Source: Ostrea edulis (lineage: Eukaryota). Taken from it: a stretch of 64,000 bases of DNA. How positions within the stretch are numbered: the stretch's first letter is position 1; each line of letters begins with the position of its first letter. Of the stretch, positions 59,455 through 64,000 are shown in pieces. A program made the position numbers and the translations under genes. Location of the stretch: NCBI RefSeq assembly GCF_947568905.1, contig NC_079168.1, positions 87,854,001 through 87,918,000 of the forward strand, in the 5' to 3' direction. The notes beneath the pieces were generated by a model. It saw nothing but the letters and a program-made list of their open reading frames with translations, had not been told where the DNA came from and made no database searches.

Positions 59455-61400
59455 TAGAATTTTACATGTAGCTAGAACTTAACATGTAGCTAGGACTTTA
59501 CATGTAGCTAGGACTTTACATGTAGCTAGAACTTTACATGTAGCTAGGACTTTACATGTAGCTAGAACTCTACATGTACCTAGAACTTTACATGTAGCTA
59601 GAACTTTACATGTAGCTAGGACTCTACATGTAGCTAGAACTTTACATGTAGCTATAACTCTACATGTAGCTAGAACTCTACATGTAGCTAGAACTTTACA
59701 CGTAGACCTTTACATATAGCTAGAACTTTACAAGTAGCTAGAACTTTACATGTAGCTAGAACTCTACATGTACCTAGAACTTTACATGTAGCAATAACTC
59801 TACATGTAGCTAGAACTTTACATGTAGCTAGAACTCTACACGTAGAGCTTTACATGTAGCTAGAGCTTTACATGTAGCTAGAACTTCACATGTAGCTAGA
59901 ACTTTACATGTAGCTAGAACTTTACATATAGCTAGAACTCTACATGTAGCTAGGACTTTACATGTAGCTAGAACTGTACATGTACCTAGAACTGTACATG
60001 TAGCTATAACTCTACATGTAGCTAGAACTCTACGTGTAACTAGAACTTTACATGTAGCTAGAACTCTACATGTAGCTAGAACTTTACATGTAGCTAGAAC
60101 TCTACACGTAGAGCTTTACATATAGCTAGAACTTTACATGTAGCTAGAACTTTACATGTAGCTAGAACTTCACATGTAGCTAGAACTTTACATGTAGCTA
60201 GAACTTTACATATAGCTAGAACTCTACATGTAGCTAGGACTTTACATGTAGCTAGAACTGTACATGTACCTAGAACTGTACATGTAGCTATAACTCTACA
60301 TGTAGCTAGAACTCTACGTGTAACTAGAACTTTACATGTAGCTAGAACTCTGCATGTACCTAGAACTTTACATGTAGCTAGAACTCTACATGTACCTAGA
60401 ACTCTACACGTAGAGTTTTACATATAGCTAGAACTTTACAAGTAGCTAGAACTTTACATGTAGCTAGAACTCTACATGTAGCTAGAACTTTACATGTAGC
60501 AATAACTCTACATGTAGCTAGAACTCTACGTGTAGCTAGAACTTTACATGTAGCTAGAACTCTACGTGTAACTAGAACTTTACATGTAGCTAGAACTCTA
60601 CATGTACCTAGAACTCTACATGTAGCTAGAACTCTACATGTACCTAGAACTCTACATGTAGCTAGAACTCTACATGTAGCTAGAACTCTACACGTAGAGC
60701 TTTACATATAGCTAGAACTTTACATGTAGCTAGAACTTTACATATAGCTAGAACTCTACATGTACCTAGAACTTTACATGTAGCTAGAACTTTACATGTA
60801 GCTAGGACTCTACATGTAGCTAGAACTCTACATGTAGCTAGAACTCTACATGTAGAGCTTTACATATAGCTAGAACTTTACAAGTAGCTAGAACTTTACA
60901 TGTACCTAGAACTTTACATGTAGCAATAACTTTACATGTAGCTAGAACTTTACATATAGCTAGAACTCTACATGTACCTAGAACTTTACATGTAGCTATA
61001 ACTCTACATGTAGTTATAACTCTACATGTAGCTAGAACTTTACATGTAGCTAGAACTTCACATGTAGCTAGAACTTTACATGTAGCAATAACTCTACATG
61101 TAGCTAGAACTTTACATATAGCTAGAACTTTACATGTAGCTAGAACTGTACATGTACCTAGAACTGTACATGTAGCTATAACTCTACATGTAGCTAGAAC
61201 TCTACGTGTAGCTAGAACTTTACATGTAGCTAGAACTTTACATGTAGCTAGAACTTTACATGTAGCTAGAACTCTACATGTACCTAGAACTCTACATGTA
61301 GCTAGAACTTTACATGTAGCTAGAACTTTACATGTAGAACTTTACAAGTAGCTAGAACTTTACATGTAGAACTTTACATGTAGCTAGAACTTTACATTTA
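59455..61400. repeat. 18-bp satellite (tagctagaactttacatg), about 105-110 copies, with higher-order structure
   Basis: Period of 18 seen directly. A variant block recurs at an offset of 284 bp (59881 and 60165). Confidence 0.97.
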
Positions 61401-62458
61401 GCTGGTTACTATAGAACAAATATTTATTCTTCTGAAACCAGAACCCTTACCCCCATGCGAGAACATGTGCTGATTTACTGGTTATGAGGATATGATAATA
61501 AGTTTCTGCTACTGTCGCCTGAAGTGAAGCGAGTCTGAGAAGCATTGCCCGGTTAACAGCTCGAAGGCAAGACAAAAACCTGAATAGTGATGTCTGGGAA
61601 GATGAAAATATGTGACGTGACAATGGCTCCTCTCATACACATTGCTGCTGCTTACATATTTTCCTTACGGCCACTGTTTCGGAATTCTGATGTACTTAGA
61701 ACATTCAGTCGTTGTACAGGTTACAAATGCATTGATTCATACAAAATGAATTCGTTATATAAAATACATTGGGAATGAATTCCTTATCTACGTCTAATGC
61801 TGGAAGTGTGGTCATTACCTCGGGTTGTTTTCGATCAGCCTAATATAATGGTGTATCGACAAGAAACCCGGATTTTTCTTCACATCTCTACTTATAAATG
61901 TGGATAATATATACATTTGACTGGCCAATGCATTTCCTTGGTTTGACATCGAGTCCTGTTATATTTACCAACAATCCATTTCATAGCATCCACAATTCAA
62001 ATTTTATATCAGAAATTTCCCATTTGTATCAAATATCATTTTGAAGCATATAGAATGTAAATTAAGAAAATCGCATTTTGGGGGTTACCGGTCGTATTTT
62101 GTTACTAAAAATAGATTGTGAAATGTCATGGTCGTGAAGTTGTTTGTGGCCACTTTTCTACAAAATATGTGTTTCATAGAAAACAGAGCGTAAAGAAATT
62201 GCTTACAATTTGGTCCTGAGTTTATTTTGCACACTGTAAAATAAATTTGTTAAGTATTGTATAACTAAACAGTGCATGTTACACACATCATATTTAGATA
62301 TCAACCTAATTACTCGTTTCGCATATATTCACATATTGTTTTGCGTCCCATTCAAGAATGCTTCACTCATGTAGATACGTCAATTTATCAGATATTGAAT
62401 AGGAAGGTTTTCTTAACAAGTAGGTCAACCTCCAAGGTCACAAGGTCAAACAACCGGT

Positions 62459-62770
62459 CACGGTAGCTCAGTGGTAGAGCTTTCGCTTCGTAACCGGGAG
62501 ATCGTGAGTTCGAGCTTCGCTAGTGCCATGGTCGCGTGAAACCTAAGACGTAAAAATAGGTAGCGACTGGTCCTTCGCCAAACACTTGGCATTTAGAGGC
62601 GATAATCACGTATCTTTTGGAAATGATCATAAAAACGGAGGTTCCGTGTCGCGACAGGCATTAGCACATTAAAAAACCCTTACTGCTACGACCCTGAGCG
62701 CTTATAAAGCATAGGTCCAAACCTACAGCTGGTGATGTCTCAATGAGTGAAACATACTCGAAGGGACGTC
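62459..62770 (+). mobile_element. Near full-length tRNA-derived SINE
   Basis: A box TAGCTCAGTGG (about 62465), B box GTTCGAGC (about 62508), and a body and tail similar to the SINE pieces at 5912-6065 and 43052-43236. No tRNA cloverleaf. Confidence 0.8.
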
Positions 62771-63271
62771 AAACAGACATACAAGCAAGGTCAATCATCA
62801 TGTTTTACCATCTAGAATTTATATAAACATACTGTATTATGAAAGTTCAGGAGATATTTGATAGGTTAGGTTTTCTTAAAAAGTAGTTCAAACTCCAAGG
62901 TTAAGGTCACAAGGTCAGAAACTTTACAAGGAATGTGTGAGAGCACTAAAAGCTATGAGTAAGGTTAAAGTTTTGATATTTGGGTCAAACTCCAAGGTCA
63001 AGTTCACAAGGTTAAATATCGTAGATGAAATTTAAGGCTCAAACATAGGTAATTTATATGCAAATTGGGAAAACACTACTTTATATAGTTCATGAGATAA
63101 GATAGGTTCAGTTTTCTTAAAAGTAGGTTAAACTCCTGAACAATTCAAGGTCAAGATCAAAAAGTTTTGACACCAAAATAAAGGTTTTGTCACACGCTTT
63201 AAGGAATGTGGATATGAAATATGACAGCTCTATCACTTGCCATTCAAAAGTTATCAGCAATTACTGGTGTA

Positions 63272-64000
63272 TGCTTGTCCTGTACTATCGACTCTGTCTG
63301 TACAATGAAGTGGTGCTTGTCCTGGACTATCGACTCTGGCTGTACAATGAAGTGGTGCTTGTCATGTACTATCGACTCTGTCTGTACAATGAAGTGGTGC
63401 TTGTCATGTACTATCGACTCTGGCTGTACAATGAAGTGGTGCTTGTCATGTACTATCGACTCTGTCTGTACAATGAAGTGGTGCTTGTCATGTACTATCG
63501 ACTCTGGCTGTACGATGAAGTGGTGCTTGACCTGTACTATCGACTCTGGCTGTACGATGAAGTGGTGCTTGTCCTGTACTATCGACTCTGGCTGTACAAT
63601 GAAGTGGTGCTTGTCATGTACTATCGACTCTGTCTGTACAATGAAGTGGTGCTTGTCATGTACTATCGACTCTGTCTGTACAATGAAGTGGTGCTTGTCA
63701 TGTACTATCGACTCTGGCTGTACAATGAAGTGGTGCTTGTCATGTACTATCGACTCTGTCTGTACAATGAAGTGGTGCTTGTCATGTACTATCGACTCTG
63801 TCTGTACAATGAAGTGGTGCTTGTCATGTACTATCGACTCTGTCTGTACAATGAAGTGGTGCTTGTCATGTACTATCGACTCTGTCTGTACAATGAAGTG
63901 GTGCTTGTCATGTACTATCGACTCTGGCTGTACGATGAAGTGGCGCTTGTCCTGTACTATCGACTCTGTCTGTACAATGAAGTGGTGCTTGTCATGTACT
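63272..64000. repeat. 42-bp minisatellite (tacaatgaagtggtgcttgtcatgtactatcgactctgtctg), at least 17 copies, running off the window
   Basis: Period of 42 seen directly (63301, 63343, ...). Confidence 0.97.

Noticed and set aside
51600-62530. tRNA genes at about 51610-51663, 52312-52374 and 62459-62530
   Set aside because: Only A/B boxes are retained. There is no acceptor stem or cloverleaf, and all lie within repeats.
63221-64000. Long open frame of Cys-rich 14-aa repeats (MKWCLSCTIDSVCT)n running off the window
   Set aside because: It is a by-product of a 42-bp unit. Three of six frames are stop-free, and the ATG lies in adjacent HINE-type repeat sequence.
4285-64000. CRISPR-like appearance of the 25-, 38- and 42-bp arrays
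   Set aside because: Units are contiguous with no unique spacers, there are no cas genes, and the context is eukaryotic.

Overview
AT-rich, intron-containing animal DNA, most likely an oyster or related bivalve. This is inferred from the repeat families: HINE/Helentron-like elements, Cg170-like satellite monomers and bivalve-type SINE tails. I reconstructed five genes by hand using canonical GT-AG splice sites and matching phases: (1) an unrecognised 243-aa gene on + (6 exons, 2808-16496) with a probable second first exon; (2) SNRPD2 on - (33083-35492), head-to-head with (3) FKBP2 on + (35918-39346); (4) ZFAND3 on - (46511-55083), head-to-head with (5) an intronless 439-aa ankyrin-repeat gene with a degenerate SOCS box (56294-57613). 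Between 23.4 and 31.7 kb there are orphan minus-strand exons interleaved with a nested transposon stack: a Gmr1-like Gypsy remnant with its 3' LTR, a Penelope-like RT split by a CACT-terminated TA-TSD element, and a 25-bp satellite. The rest is MITEs, small fold-back palindromes, SINE/LINE fragments and tandem arrays. There are no rRNA genes, intact tRNA genes or CRISPR arrays. The most unusual observations are a minisatellite that multiplies the FKBP2 exon-2 splice donor, an exon-like ORF carried inside a TIR element, an LTR offering a TATA box and splice donor to an orphan Thr-rich exon, and tRNA-like Pol III cassettes inside TTAA-type MITEs. All gene models and family names come from reading the sequence; no database searches were run.
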